DNA of 64,000 bases from Spirochaetia bacterium (GTDB lineage Bacteria; Spirochaetota; Spirochaetia; DSM-2461): positions 5,280,001-5,344,000 of the forward strand of contig OY764216.1 in assembly GCA_963668315.1 (NCBI GenBank), in the 5' to 3' direction. The notes below the pieces were generated by a model. It did not search any database, was not told where the DNA came from, and saw nothing but the letters and a program-made list of their open reading frames with translations. Shown here piece by piece: positions 9,966-20,351 of the stretch. The position numbers and the translations under genes are program-made. Numbering within the stretch: position 1 is the first letter of the stretch; every line of letters starts with the position of its first letter.

Positions 9966-10931
9966 TTGGTTCTGTCAAAATTCTGGAAAGCCTTTCCTTC
10001 CATGGAAGAGAGGCTGACCGGGGTGACAGGGGTAATTGAAGAGGTATGGCAAAGCAGTCCGGACTCGGTTAAGCAGGATCTCAAACCCCTGCTGCTGACA
10101 CCGGGTAAAATGCTGCGCCCTGCCTTTTTCCTTATGGCCGCCTCGGGCGGCTCTGACAAATGGGAATCTCTTTACCCTGTTGCCGCAGCTATCGAATTAA
10201 TCCATACGGCCAGCCTGATACACGATGATATTCTGGACAGGGCGCTGACCCGAAGGGGTATCCCCACCCTGAATTCCACCGTGGGCATTAAAAAAGCCGT
10301 ACTGGAAGGTGATTATCTCCTTTCAGTGGCATCCCGCCTGGCAGCGGATTCCTACCAGCCCGGCCTGATCCATGCCATAAACCGTACAATGGAAAGGCTC
10401 TGCCTGAGTGAGATAGATCAGGACCTTGGACAGGGAAAACTCTTTATCGGACGGGAACGCTATTTTGAAAGAATAAGCGGCAAAACGGCCGAGCTGTTCG
10501 GACTTGCCATGTTCACCGGTGCTCTTCTCGGAGGGAAATCCGAAGAAAAAGCAGAGGTGTTCTACCGGGCGGGCATCAGCTTCGGTCTCTCCTTCCAGAT
10601 CATGGACGATCTGCTCGATTATAACGGTTCAACCCAGAAGATGGGCAAGAAAGCGGGCAGCGATCTGAGGGGCGGAATACCTACACTCCCCCTCATTCTG
10701 GCTCTCGAGCAGAATGATCCCCTTCTGAAATGGCTTTGCCGTACGCCGCTGAAAGCCGTCTTCGCTCCTTTTATCTACAGGAGAATCAAGAAGGGCGGTT
10801 ATCTTGAAGAAGCAGGAAAGCTGGGACTTCAATACAAGGATGAATGCCTTGCTCTGATAGGGGGAGAGGATTTTCCCGACAGAGAACTGTTCGGGGAGAT
10901 CATCAATCAGCTGGCCCAGCGCCAATACTGA
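9966..10931 (+). CDS. Polyprenyl diphosphate synthase (HepT/DmkB-like)
   Basis: GKMLRP, LIHDDILD, RRG, KT and QIMDDLLD; start uncertain (TTG 9966 chosen, just after the ndh stop). Confidence 0.88.
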   Translation: MVLSKFWKAFPSMEERLTGVTGVIEEVWQSSPDSVKQDLKPLLLTPGKMLRPAFFLMAASGGSDKWESLYPVAAAIELIHTASLIHDDILDRALTRRGIPTLNSTVGIKKAVLEGDYLLSVASRLAADSYQPGLIHAINRTMERLCLSEIDQDLGQGKLFIGRERYFERISGKTAELFGLAMFTGALLGGKSEEKAEVFYRAGISFGLSFQIMDDLLDYNGSTQKMGKKAGSDLRGGIPTLPLILALEQNDPLLKWLCRTPLKAVFAPFIYRRIKKGGYLEEAGKLGLQYKDECLALIGGEDFPDRELFGEIINQLAQRQY

Positions 10932-10969
10932 TCCGCCATTCTTCCTGTTTTTTACTAATATTTTCAAAA

Positions 10970-11003
10970 CCGCAATCAACGGAATAACTTTTCCGTGGTT
11001 GCG
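10970..11003 (+). terminator. Hairpin downstream of the polyprenyl synthase
   Basis: CCGCAATC-A-ACGGAA / TTCCGT-GGTTGCGG inverted repeat; weak U tract. Confidence 0.4.
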
Positions 11004-11186
11004 GGATTTCCCTCCATTTATCCCCTCACCTCCCCCGAAAAAATCATGCCGCCCCTCCTCGGAATTCCCATGACAGATAATAAACGGACTGTTTATATTT
11101 TATTCCTTTCATTATGAAGAAAAATTTGTTATGTTCTTATTAGGGGAGACGGCCAATCCCCCTCCCAATGCATAAAGGAGGCATTA

Positions 11187-12176
11187 ATGTCTAATCAGCG
11201 AGAGAATCCCTTCAAACCGGTACAGGGATCGCTCAAAAAAGGACAAATCGTCGCTATTCTCATAGGATTGATAGTGGTGATTTCACTTTTAACCGGTTTC
11301 TATATGGTGGACCAGACAGAGGAAGCGGTTGTTCTCCGCCTGGGACGTTACTACAAGACAACCGATCCCGGACTTCAGTTCAAGGCCCCTCTGGGTATAG
11401 ACCGGGTTTACAAAGTGCCCGTAACCGTCATCCATACCCTTCAGTTCGGGTTCAGAACCGATGAGCCCGGTGTCATGACCATCTACTCCCGGGGAGATTA
11501 CAGCAACGAATCCCTTATGCTTACGGGGGATCTGAATATCGCCAATGTATCCTGGATTGTCCAGTATAAAATAAATAACCCCCAGAACTGGCTCTTCAAC
11601 TTCCGTGCCGCCGATCATGAAAAAACGATCAGGGACGTTTCCCAGTCCACGATAAATATGCTGGTGGGCGACAGGACGATTTTCGACGTCATGAGTAACG
11701 AAAGAACCAATATTGAAGTCCAGGCGGGCGATCTTATCGAAGAGACCCTCGAAGGGTATCAGATGGGAGTTGAGATCGTGGCGGTGAAACTGCAGGACGT
11801 GGTTCCCCCGGAAGGTTCCGTCCAGAATGCCTTTGAGGATGTAAACAAATCCATCCAGGATATGAATAAACTCATCAATGAAGGTAAAGAGCAGTACAAT
11901 GCCGAGGTTCCCAAGGCAGAAGGTGAAGCCAAGAGAATGGTACAGGAAGCCGAAGGTTACGCCGTGGCCCGTGAGAACAGGGCGCAGGGAGACGTGGCCC
12001 GTTTCGAGGCGGTTTACCAGGAGTACCGCAATAACCCGGGTATCATGAGGGACCGTCTCTACTGGGAGACCATGGAAACGGTACTCACATCCGACCCGGA
12101 CCTGGAGCTCATAGACAAAGGACTTGATAACTTCCTGCCTTTGAAAAATCTTACATCCGGCGGAGGTGCCCAATGA
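11187..12176 (+). CDS. hflK: FtsH protease modulator HflK
   Basis: N-terminal TM, SPFH domain, MLTGDLNI, AFEDV, AEGYA and RLYWETME. Confidence 0.93.
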   Translation: MSNQRENPFKPVQGSLKKGQIVAILIGLIVVISLLTGFYMVDQTEEAVVLRLGRYYKTTDPGLQFKAPLGIDRVYKVPVTVIHTLQFGFRTDEPGVMTIYSRGDYSNESLMLTGDLNIANVSWIVQYKINNPQNWLFNFRAADHEKTIRDVSQSTINMLVGDRTIFDVMSNERTNIEVQAGDLIEETLEGYQMGVEIVAVKLQDVVPPEGSVQNAFEDVNKSIQDMNKLINEGKEQYNAEVPKAEGEAKRMVQEAEGYAVARENRAQGDVARFEAVYQEYRNNPGIMRDRLYWETMETVLTSDPDLELIDKGLDNFLPLKNLTSGGGAQ

Positions 12177-13147
12177 ATAAAATGATCAGAGTCGTTGTCG
12201 TAGCGGCGGTCATTCTCCTGATCGTCATCATACTGAGACCTTTCTTCATCGTACAGGAGGGAGAACAGGCCGTGGTCATCCGCTTCGGAAGACTGATTCG
12301 TACAGAAACGGAAGCGGGTTTCAAACTTAAAATGCCCGGTGTGGATACTATTCAGTTTTATCCCAAGAAGATTCTCTCCTGGGACGGAGCTCCCAAGAAA
12401 GTTCCCACCAGCGAACAGCAGTATATCTGGGTGGATACCACGGCCCGATGGCGCATAACCAACCCTTCCGTCTTCTACGAAGCGGTCAAAACGGAAAACC
12501 AGGCCCAGGGAAAACTGGATGATGTCATCGAATCTGCCGTGAAGACGGTTATTTCCAAGTATCCCCTCGTCGAGTCGGTCAGGAGCACCAATGAGATCAT
12601 TGCCTCCCAGGCGCTCAGGGATGAGGCGGAAGCCGTAGCCGCCGCGGCCTCAACCAACGTGCAGGCCGCCCAGGGCGAAGATGAATTCGAAGAAATCATC
12701 AAGGGCCGGCAGATGCTGTCCGAGGATATGCTCAAACAGGCCGCTCCCAATACGAACCAGTTCGGTATTGAGCTGATCGATGTTGTGGTAAGGCAGATTC
12801 GCTATTCCGACGAACTGACCGAGTCGGTTTACGACAGGATGATTCAGGAACGTGCCCAGAGAGCCCAGTACAACCGTTCCTACGGCGAGGGCCAGAAGGA
12901 AGAGTGGCTCGGAAGGCTGGCAAAGGAGAAAGACGCCATTCTCTCCAAGGCCTACAACGAGTCGGAGACCCTGAAAGGTGAAGCGGACCGCAAGGCGGCT
13001 GCCATTTATGCAGAGGCTTACAGCAAAGACGAAGAATTCTATAATTTCTGGAAAGCCATGGAGTCCTACAAGACGACCATGCCGGAATTGAAGAAGATTC
13101 TAACGACCGATATGGATTATTTCGATTATCTTTATAATAAGGACTAA
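12173..13147 (+). CDS. hflC: FtsH protease modulator HflC
   Basis: SPFH domain, VYDRMIQER, IYAEAYSKDEEFY; ATGA overlap with hflK. Confidence 0.93.
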   Translation: MNKMIRVVVVAAVILLIVIILRPFFIVQEGEQAVVIRFGRLIRTETEAGFKLKMPGVDTIQFYPKKILSWDGAPKKVPTSEQQYIWVDTTARWRITNPSVFYEAVKTENQAQGKLDDVIESAVKTVISKYPLVESVRSTNEIIASQALRDEAEAVAAAASTNVQAAQGEDEFEEIIKGRQMLSEDMLKQAAPNTNQFGIELIDVVVRQIRYSDELTESVYDRMIQERAQRAQYNRSYGEGQKEEWLGRLAKEKDAILSKAYNESETLKGEADRKAAAIYAEAYSKDEEFYNFWKAMESYKTTMPELKKILTTDMDYFDYLYNKD

Positions 13148-13169
13148 CGGTGTAAACCAAACTGTTCGG

Positions 13170-13194
13170 AACCGCCCTACGGGGCGGTTTTTTT
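13170..13194 (+). terminator. Intrinsic terminator of hflKC
   Basis: AACCGCCC-TACG-GGGCGGTT followed by a T run. Confidence 0.85.
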
Positions 13195-14056
13195 ACGCCT
13201 GACCGTAAAGGTCACCCTTGCGGTGCCAGATACGGGCTTCTTCGGGACGGCCTCTTTTTTCACAGCCCAGCGCGTAGATGTGGCATTTCCGGGAGAATTC
13301 CCTGCAGGCCAGAACGTTTCTTGACTCGGGAAGCCCCTTGCGGCGGAACCAGCCGGATTCCACCAGATCCCCCAGCCCCTGGAGCCGGAATTTTTCTATC
13401 TGATCGTATTTCAGAGAGAGCTGCTCCCATTCCCCGGCCCTTTTGGTAATGAGGGGAACGTCAAGATAACCGACCGGCTCTCCCGCGGTTATCCGCAGCC
13501 ACAGCTCGTAATCCTCGGCTATCTCCATGTCCTCCCGGAATCCGCCGCACTCCTCCCAGAGATCTCTCCTCAGGACAGCCGTAGACGGTCCTATCATGCA
13601 CTTGACCAGCGCATCGGCAAAGACATCCCCTTCCCGCTTGTGCTTCTGCTTTTTCTGGCTTATGACACGATCCCCCCGGAGCCACTTTTCCCTTGTGTGA
13701 ATAAGACGGAGATCGGGATTTCCCATTATGAAGTCGCGCTGCCGTGACAGCTTTTCCGGCTCCCACAGGTCGTCGGAATCGAGAAAAGCCACCCAGTTCC
13801 CCTCCGATGCCTCACCCCCCCGGTTTCTCACCGCACCGGCCATACCGCTGTGGGGTAGTTCCAGAACCTTCCATGAGATATCACCCGCCCCTGCGGAGAG
13901 AATCACCTTAGCCCGCTCGGCCGAATCGTCATCGGAACCGTCGTCGGCCAGGATAATTTCATGGGGAGGGAACGTCTGCGAAAGAACGGAATCGAGAGCT
14001 TCGCCCAGAAGCCCGGATCTGTTATAAACGGGAATAATGACGGAAAAAGCGATCAT
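13193..14056 (-). CDS. Glycosyltransferase family 2
   Basis: SVIIPVYNR, DDGSDD, RNRG, FLDSDD and EDYELW. Confidence 0.92.
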   Translation of the reverse strand: MIAFSVIIPVYNRSGLLGEALDSVLSQTFPPHEIILADDGSDDDSAERAKVILSAGAGDISWKVLELPHSGMAGAVRNRGGEASEGNWVAFLDSDDLWEPEKLSRQRDFIMGNPDLRLIHTREKWLRGDRVISQKKQKHKREGDVFADALVKCMIGPSTAVLRRDLWEECGGFREDMEIAEDYELWLRITAGEPVGYLDVPLITKRAGEWEQLSLKYDQIEKFRLQGLGDLVESGWFRRKGLPESRNVLACREFSRKCHIYALGCEKRGRPEEARIWHRKGDLYGQA

Positions 14057-14212
14057 ATCCGTATCCTACCCTTTCGTACCGGGCAATTCAACCCGTTTTT
14101 CACCCGGACTAAATCCCTAGGAGAATTCTTGACTTTTTTTTTTACTTTCCCCCTCTCATGATTATAATATAAATAGAGGCTCATTATATTTTATTAAAAA
14201 AAGGAAGATATT

Positions 14213-16114
14213 ATGAAAAAACTGGCGAATCGAATCATTTTAATAACCCTGCTTCCCATGATGGGAACACTACTGATATTCACATTGGTATCCTGGAATT
14301 CTGCGAAAACCGCTATTACCACCCTCTCGGCCAATCTTATAGAGGAAAGCGTCAACTCCTGGACAAAGCAGTTTGAAGCCTTCTTTGACCAGAAAGAGAC
14401 GATATTGGACACCTCAAAGGCCTATCTTGAAGATATTCTTACCTTGAATTCTCTAGCCGACGGGGATCTTCTCTCTGAGGATGTGGAGGACTTCAAGAAG
14501 GTGTTCTCCCCCGTTGTCCGCGATCTGAATCTTTTGAACATATACGCCTGGTTCGCGCCGGAATATGTATCCAGGGACCTGATGGAAGTGTCCATACGCA
14601 ACATGCAGCTGGACGGGAAACTGAGCTATGTTACCGATCAGACCTACACCCGTGTCGATATGGCTGATTCGGGATGGGACTGGTTCACCATACCCGAGCA
14701 GCGGGGATGGAATATCTCCGACCCCTACCCCTGGGAAGGCTATGACGAAGACCTTATCTCCTACGGGAAATCCATTGTGGTAAACGGCCGTACCGTCGGG
14801 GTCGTCGGTTCCGATATGTTTATCGGGGCCCTGAACAACCAGCTTCTGGCAGAGTCCTTTATGGAACAGGGACATTATGCCCTTCTCAACACCAATCTCG
14901 AATTTCTGGCCCATCCGACACAGCAGGGGGCGCTCTGGAAGGATGTGGTACCGGAAGAAGTCGAAAAAACCACCGCTATCCTGCGCAACACGTCCCAGAA
15001 AGCCGGAACGTTCACTGCGGGAAAGCAGATTATCGGCTATGAGAGGATGGAGCACGGCTGGATCATCCTGGCCTTCCCCGATATGAAGGAACTCTACCGC
15101 TCGCTGAACGCCCTCTCCTTCATGTATATCCTCATAACCGTCGTCGCCGTCGTTCTGGTTCTCGCCTTCAGTCTGCTCCTGGCCCGGAATATCTCCAAGC
15201 CTGTGGTTTATGTCTCCCGCTATATCGGCTACCTCGCCCAGGGCAACCTCTCCGAGCCGCTGGATGACAATATAGATGCCCGGCAGGACGAAATCGGCTC
15301 TCTCGGCTCTTCTCTCAAGGAGATGACCGATAAATTCACAGAGGTGATCCGGAACGTCCACTCCTCTTCGGAGAATGTGGGCCAGGGCTCCCTCCAGCTT
15401 TCCCAGGCTTCCCAGCAGCTCTCCCAGGGCGCCTCCAGCCAGGCCAGCAGCACAGAGGAGATATCCAGCAGCATGGAGCAGCTCACGGCCAACATCGAAC
15501 AGAATCTCAGCAGCGCCCAGAACGCCGATGAGAGGGTGAACCGTGTCTCCCGGGATGCCGAAAAGGGCGGTGAAGCGGTGACCAAATCGGTGGAGGCGAT
15601 TAAGCTGATCGCCGAAAAAATCAAAATCATCGATGAGATCGCACGGAACACCAATATGCTGGCCCTGAATGCAGCTATCGAAGCGGCCCGGGCCGGGGAA
15701 TCGGGAAAAGGTTTTGCCGTGGTTGCCGCGGAAGTCCGTAAACTGGCGGAAAACAGCCAGAAAGCGGCGGGTGAAATCACCAATATCGCCGAAGACAGCG
15801 TAAAGATTTCCGAAGAAGCGGGAGATCTGATAGGCAGCATTATTCCCGAAATCAAAGCCGCCGCCACTCTGGTTCAGGAGATTTTCTCCTCCAGCAGGGA
15901 GCAGTCAAGCGGAGCCGACGAGATAAACAAGGCTATGCAGCAGCTGGACAGGATCATTCAGCAGAACGCCGCCTCCTCGGAGGAAGTGGCTTCCATGGCG
16001 GAAGAGCTGAGCGGCCAGGCGGAATTCATGAGAAATACGGTTGAGTTCTTCAAATTGGACAATACCAGAAGCATCAGGCTGGAAAAGGACATGGAAAAGA
16101 CTCTGCTGGCGTGA
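14213..16114 (+). CDS. Methyl-accepting chemotaxis protein (Cache-HAMP-MCP)
   Basis: Two TMs, Cache-like WF..P/SDPY, HAMP DEIG and hairpin [25 protein letters not shown]. Confidence 0.95.
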   Translation: MKKLANRIILITLLPMMGTLLIFTLVSWNSAKTAITTLSANLIEESVNSWTKQFEAFFDQKETILDTSKAYLEDILTLNSLADGDLLSEDVEDFKKVFSPVVRDLNLLNIYAWFAPEYVSRDLMEVSIRNMQLDGKLSYVTDQTYTRVDMADSGWDWFTIPEQRGWNISDPYPWEGYDEDLISYGKSIVVNGRTVGVVGSDMFIGALNNQLLAESFMEQGHYALLNTNLEFLAHPTQQGALWKDVVPEEVEKTTAILRNTSQKAGTFTAGKQIIGYERMEHGWIILAFPDMKELYRSLNALSFMYILITVVAVVLVLAFSLLLARNISKPVVYVSRYIGYLAQGNLSEPLDDNIDARQDEIGSLGSSLKEMTDKFTEVIRNVHSSSENVGQGSLQLSQASQQLSQGASSQASSTEEISSSMEQLTANIEQNLSSAQNADERVNRVSRDAEKGGEAVTKSVEAIKLIAEKIKIIDEIARNTNMLALNAAIEAARAGESGKGFAVVAAEVRKLAENSQKAAGEITNIAEDSVKISEEAGDLIGSIIPEIKAAATLVQEIFSSSREQSSGADEINKAMQQLDRIIQQNAASSEEVASMAEELSGQAEFMRNTVEFFKLDNTRSIRLEKDMEKTLLA

Positions 16115-16158
16115 CCCTTTCTTTACGCCGCGGAATTAATCTGCTATAGTTCATTCCT

Positions 16159-16911
16159 ATGACGGCAGCGGAAACCCTTTTAAAGAATACCCTCCTCTCC
16201 CGGGCTCTATCGGGTGAGGAGGAAAATACTCTCAAAGAGAAGGACATGTCTCCCCAGGCCCTTCTTCTCCTGGGCTGCCGCACCGATTCGGACACACTGG
16301 TAGAGACGGCCCTGGAACGGGGGGCCCTGGTAAACAAGAGGGATCATGAGAGCTGGACCCCGCTGATGCATGCCGTCTATTACAACAGCCACCGTATCAT
16401 TCCCCGTCTCCTGAGAAATCATGCCATGCTCCATATACGCGATGACGAAGGGGAATCGGTTTTCAATATCGCCCAGTCCATGGGCAGCAGTGATTCCCTG
16501 AAGGAACTGGACAAAGCCCTCTCTCAAAGCCGTTTGAAGCACATAGGCCTCTTCATCCAGGCTCTGGAAACGCTCTACCGGGAAAAAAACAAACCCGAGG
16601 GATTCAGGAACCGGAGCGCCATGGCCCTGGCCTATATAGACCTGGGTTACGTGTGGTGGATCAGCGAAGAGAAAATAGACCGGGTCTTCCGTTATTTCTC
16701 CCGGGCATACGCCCTTTTCCCCCGAACGGGTGCCTTCCCCTATGCCTCCCTTCTGGCTGCCATGGGCTATCCCGATGAATCCATGACCATACTCATGCTT
16801 ATCGCCCGGAGACGCTGGGGAGCTGTCAGCCGTTCGGTTATGGAAAAGGACGAATCATTTCACGGACTGCGTGGCTCCGATGAATGGAATCGTCTCATGA
16901 GGATCTGGTAG
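16159..16911 (+). CDS. Ankyrin-repeat protein with helical C-terminal region
   Basis: GALVNKRDHESWTPLMHA and DDEGES ankyrin motifs. Confidence 0.75.
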   Translation: MTAAETLLKNTLLSRALSGEEENTLKEKDMSPQALLLLGCRTDSDTLVETALERGALVNKRDHESWTPLMHAVYYNSHRIIPRLLRNHAMLHIRDDEGESVFNIAQSMGSSDSLKELDKALSQSRLKHIGLFIQALETLYREKNKPEGFRNRSAMALAYIDLGYVWWISEEKIDRVFRYFSRAYALFPRTGAFPYASLLAAMGYPDESMTILMLIARRRWGAVSRSVMEKDESFHGLRGSDEWNRLMRIW

Positions 16912-16988
16912 AACCCCTTCTCTCCTTCCCTTGCAAACTGCTTAGACGTAAACCTGTGTTTATAATAGATCTGCGATATATTATATCC

Positions 16989-17798
16989 ATGGAAGAAATC
17001 ATACTATCCGTCGCCCCTACCGGATCGGGGGAAGGAAAGAGCCTCCGCCCCAGGACAGTGGAAGAAATCATAGCAGAGGCCGTAAGCTGTACGGAAGAGG
17101 GAGCTTCGGTCATCCACCTGCATCCGTCGATTTTGGGCCGATTCAACAGAAGAGACATGAGTTCCCTCGAACAGATATTTCACGGGATTTACGATGAAAC
17201 CGATCTGATTATCGAGGCCGGGACAGAAGGTATCGGGAGCTTATCCCTGGAAGAGAAGATACTTCCCGCGACCCTGGAGGGGACCGTTTTTGCCACTCTG
17301 GATCTGGGCTCCTTCAACAGAGGAGACGGTTCATACCGGGAATCCACGGAACTGATCAGACTCTGCCTGCACAGAATGGATCAGTACAGGGTAAAACCCT
17401 CCCTGGAGATTTATGACACGGGGCAGCTTTCCTTCGCGACCTACCTCGTAGACAAGGAACTCCTCGAGCCTCCTTATAATTTTACCTTTGTGTTCAACTC
17501 TCCCTGGGGGATGACCTTCTCCCGGCAGCAGCTCTCCTGCCTTGTGTCCCAGCTTCCGCCGGAAAGCAACTGGGGGGTGGTCATAGCGGGGGCCAGGGAT
17601 TTCACCCATCACAGGACGGCGTCAGAACTGGGGGCGGATTTCCTGCGTATCGGATTTGAGTATTCACCTCTGATGGGAGGACCGGAGGTTTTCTCCAATG
17701 CCCAGCTGGTGAAGGAACTTCACCGCCAGCTCAGGGAGACGGGACGAAATGCCATGTCCCCCGATGAAGCCGGCCATAAACTGCTCCTCAGCGATTAA
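16989..17798 (+). CDS. Beta-keto acid cleavage enzyme (BKACE/Kce, DUF849) family, divergent
   Basis: IILSVAPTG, EGASVIHLH, LDLGSFN, KPSLEIYD and RIGFE; start moved to ATG 16989. Confidence 0.82.
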   Translation: MEEIILSVAPTGSGEGKSLRPRTVEEIIAEAVSCTEEGASVIHLHPSILGRFNRRDMSSLEQIFHGIYDETDLIIEAGTEGIGSLSLEEKILPATLEGTVFATLDLGSFNRGDGSYRESTELIRLCLHRMDQYRVKPSLEIYDTGQLSFATYLVDKELLEPPYNFTFVFNSPWGMTFSRQQLSCLVSQLPPESNWGVVIAGARDFTHHRTASELGADFLRIGFEYSPLMGGPEVFSNAQLVKELHRQLRETGRNAMSPDEAGHKLLLSD

Positions 17799-19030
17799 TC
17801 GGCTTTGCCCCATTTCTGAGCCAGGCGCACAAGTACTTTGAAGCAGCTCTCCATGGCAGAAAGGGGTATCCACTCCGTTCTTCCATGAAAATTATGCCCT
17901 CCGGTATAAATATTCGGAGTAGGAATTCCCATTTCCGTCAGCTTGGAACCGTCAGTTCCCCCGCGGATCGGTTTATAGAGGGGTGTGACCCCTTCCTCTT
18001 TCAGGGATGCCATCAGATAGTCAACGAGACGGGGTTCCCGGGAGATTCCCTCTTTCATATTCACATACTGTTTTTTCGTTTTAAGATCTATCTTTCCGCC
18101 GGGAAAAGCCGCTTCCGTGGCCCGGGCGAATGCTTCAAGGGCTTTCAGCCTTCTCTCTATTCCCTCCCGCTCGAAATCTCTCAGAAAAACAGTCATATGG
18201 GCTTCTTCGATTTCACCCTCAATCCTGTGAATCCAGAAATTACCGTACCTTTCATCGGTAGCCTCGGGGCTTTCACTCCGGGGAAGCAGGGTTCCGTAAT
18301 AAGCGGCCATGGAAGCGGCGTTGACCAGTTTCCCCCGGGCGCTGCCCGGATGGATGGATAGTCCGGAAAAATGGATTTCCGCCCCGTAAGCGTAGTAACA
18401 CTCTTCTTCCACCTCTCCCTCGTCTCCCCCGTCAACGGTATAACAGAAGGAGGATTCCAGTTTATCCAGGGGAAATCCGTCCATGCCGCAGCCCGTTTCC
18501 TCATCGGGTGTGAAGATTAACTCCAGAGGGCCATGACTCAGCTCCGGGTGGGAGATCAGATATTCGGCCATGGTCATGATTTCGGCGACACCCGCCTTGT
18601 CATCCGCTCCGAGCAGAGTTTTTCCCGAAGAAGTCACGATCGTATCGCCCTTGTACTTCAGGAGGGCGGGAAAATCCGCCGGAGAAAGGCAGACGCCCTC
18701 TTCCAGTTTGATATCGTCCCCGTCATAGTTTTTGTGAACCCGGGGCTCCACGTTCAGCCCGGGCGCGTCGGAAGCGGTATCCACATGGGCCATAAAACCG
18801 ATAGGCGTAGCCTTTTCACAGCCCGGCGTAGGATCAATCCGGCCGAAAAGAAAACCGTCGGAAGTCAGTTCCACCCGGCTCAGGCCCAGGGAGTTCATCT
18901 CCCCTTCCAGCATTCTCAGCAGCTCCCACTGCTCTTCTGTGGAGGGTTTCTTCGTCTCCGCCAGCAATCTGTCCGAGGGAGTGCCGACAGCCGTATATCG
19001 TACGATTCTTTCTAATAATTTCTCTTTCAT
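17795..19030 (-). CDS. pepT: Peptidase T
   Basis: AHVDT, LLGADDKAG, FTPDEE, YTVDG, IRGGTDG and GGHNFH. Confidence 0.95.
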   Translation of the reverse strand: MKEKLLERIVRYTAVGTPSDRLLAETKKPSTEEQWELLRMLEGEMNSLGLSRVELTSDGFLFGRIDPTPGCEKATPIGFMAHVDTASDAPGLNVEPRVHKNYDGDDIKLEEGVCLSPADFPALLKYKGDTIVTSSGKTLLGADDKAGVAEIMTMAEYLISHPELSHGPLELIFTPDEETGCGMDGFPLDKLESSFCYTVDGGDEGEVEEECYYAYGAEIHFSGLSIHPGSARGKLVNAASMAAYYGTLLPRSESPEATDERYGNFWIHRIEGEIEEAHMTVFLRDFEREGIERRLKALEAFARATEAAFPGGKIDLKTKKQYVNMKEGISREPRLVDYLMASLKEEGVTPLYKPIRGGTDGSKLTEMGIPTPNIYTGGHNFHGRTEWIPLSAMESCFKVLVRLAQKWGKAD

Positions 19031-19079
19031 GAAATAACTATATCACCGGGCACGGGAATAGTAAAGTTCGGCCCTCCGA

Positions 19080-20222
19080 TCAGACCATGGCCAGAAGGAG
19101 TGAGTTTTTAAAAACGGTAATCCGGTTCTTCACTTCCTTGGATTTATACAGGGCCTCGTCGGAATTCTTTATAAGCTGGGACGGCTTCATACCCGGCTCG
19201 TACCGGGCCACGCCGAAACTCAGGGTAACGGAGGAATCGACGGCCCCTTCGAGATCGAGGGAGGCGAAATCCTCCTGGATGGTCTCACAGCACCGGACGA
19301 TATCCTCGACGGGACTATTCTTGAAAAGAAGGGAAAATTCATCTCCCCCGTAACGGAAGACGGCCGCATCGCCGCAATTCTGCTTCATGATCCGGCAGAG
19401 TTCCTTAAGGTAGATATCCCCCACGGGGTGGCCGTAGGTATCGTTCAGACGCTTGAAGTTATCAATGTCCACCATAACATAGACGTAAACGCTTCCGGAA
19501 GAATCGCTCTCCATCTCCCTTATGGCGCCCCGCAGGGCGCTCCGGTTATATGTACCGGTTAATTCATCTATCTGTATCTTCTGCAGCAGGTTGTACCTCT
19601 CGTACTCCTTTTCCCACGCCGCGGTCTTTTTCGCCTTCTCAAAATAGATGATGATCACTCCCACGAAATAGGAAGAAACGAGAATGAACAGGGAGATAAT
19701 GAAATTACTGAGCCGCAGACCGTCGCTCCATACAGTAGGCTTATCCAGGTCCCAGTGAAGAAACAGCTCGGAAACAAGTATCCCGATAATGGCGAGGACG
19801 CCGGTCAGTGTGATAAGGGTATAATCGGCATAGATAGCGGTAAGCAGAATCGGAAAAGTAAAGATGAAAAAAAGAGAAGAAAATGTTCCGTGGACGGTGA
19901 AAATATTAAAGGAGATAAACAGCAGCATCAGAGATACCAGGTAAATCTTTCCCTTCTGGGACAGCCGGCGGCTTTTAAGGCCCAGGCTCTCAATAACGAG
20001 AAGCAGAGTGTTGAACAGGGTGGGAATGATCAGAAACTTCATGAGGTATACATTCAGGGAAGTCGTGATATTTCCCGTCTTATAAATAATGAACCCGATC
20101 GCGCACTCAAGAAAAAACATCAGAAAAACGGCGAACTGGGTAAGACGGAAATGGTAATGAAGCCATCTCCTGTCAAGTTTCCTGTATTCGGTTTCTATTT
20201 TTTTAAATAAATCATCTTCCAT
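19080..20222 (-). CDS. Membrane-bound diguanylate cyclase
   Basis: About 6 TMs; DELTG, DIDNFK..ND.YGH and RYGGDEF; no RxxD I-site. Confidence 0.9.
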   Translation of the reverse strand: MEDDLFKKIETEYRKLDRRWLHYHFRLTQFAVFLMFFLECAIGFIIYKTGNITTSLNVYLMKFLIIPTLFNTLLLVIESLGLKSRRLSQKGKIYLVSLMLLFISFNIFTVHGTFSSLFFIFTFPILLTAIYADYTLITLTGVLAIIGILVSELFLHWDLDKPTVWSDGLRLSNFIISLFILVSSYFVGVIIIYFEKAKKTAAWEKEYERYNLLQKIQIDELTGTYNRSALRGAIREMESDSSGSVYVYVMVDIDNFKRLNDTYGHPVGDIYLKELCRIMKQNCGDAAVFRYGGDEFSLLFKNSPVEDIVRCCETIQEDFASLDLEGAVDSSVTLSFGVARYEPGMKPSQLIKNSDEALYKSKEVKNRITVFKNSLLLAMV

Positions 20223-20277
20223 GACACTTCTTTATATATCACAAATCGGCAAAAAAAACGACGAATACCAGTTTTTC

Positions 20278-20306
20278 TTGACAAGGCGGCAAAGTAGTCC
20301 TATACT
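20278..20306 (+). promoter_or_regulatory. Sigma70-type promoter of the GntR operon
   Basis: TTGACA-17bp-TATACT. Confidence 0.85.
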
Positions 20307-20344
20307 TATATTGTACTAATGCATTAGTACAATATAAGTATAGG
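20299..20344. promoter_or_regulatory. Perfect 46-bp palindrome, probable GntR/YtrA operator
   Basis: CCTATACTTATATTGTACTAATG|CATTAGTACAATATAAGTATAGG covers the -10 and +1. Confidence 0.8.
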
Positions 20345-20351
20345 GAATCAG

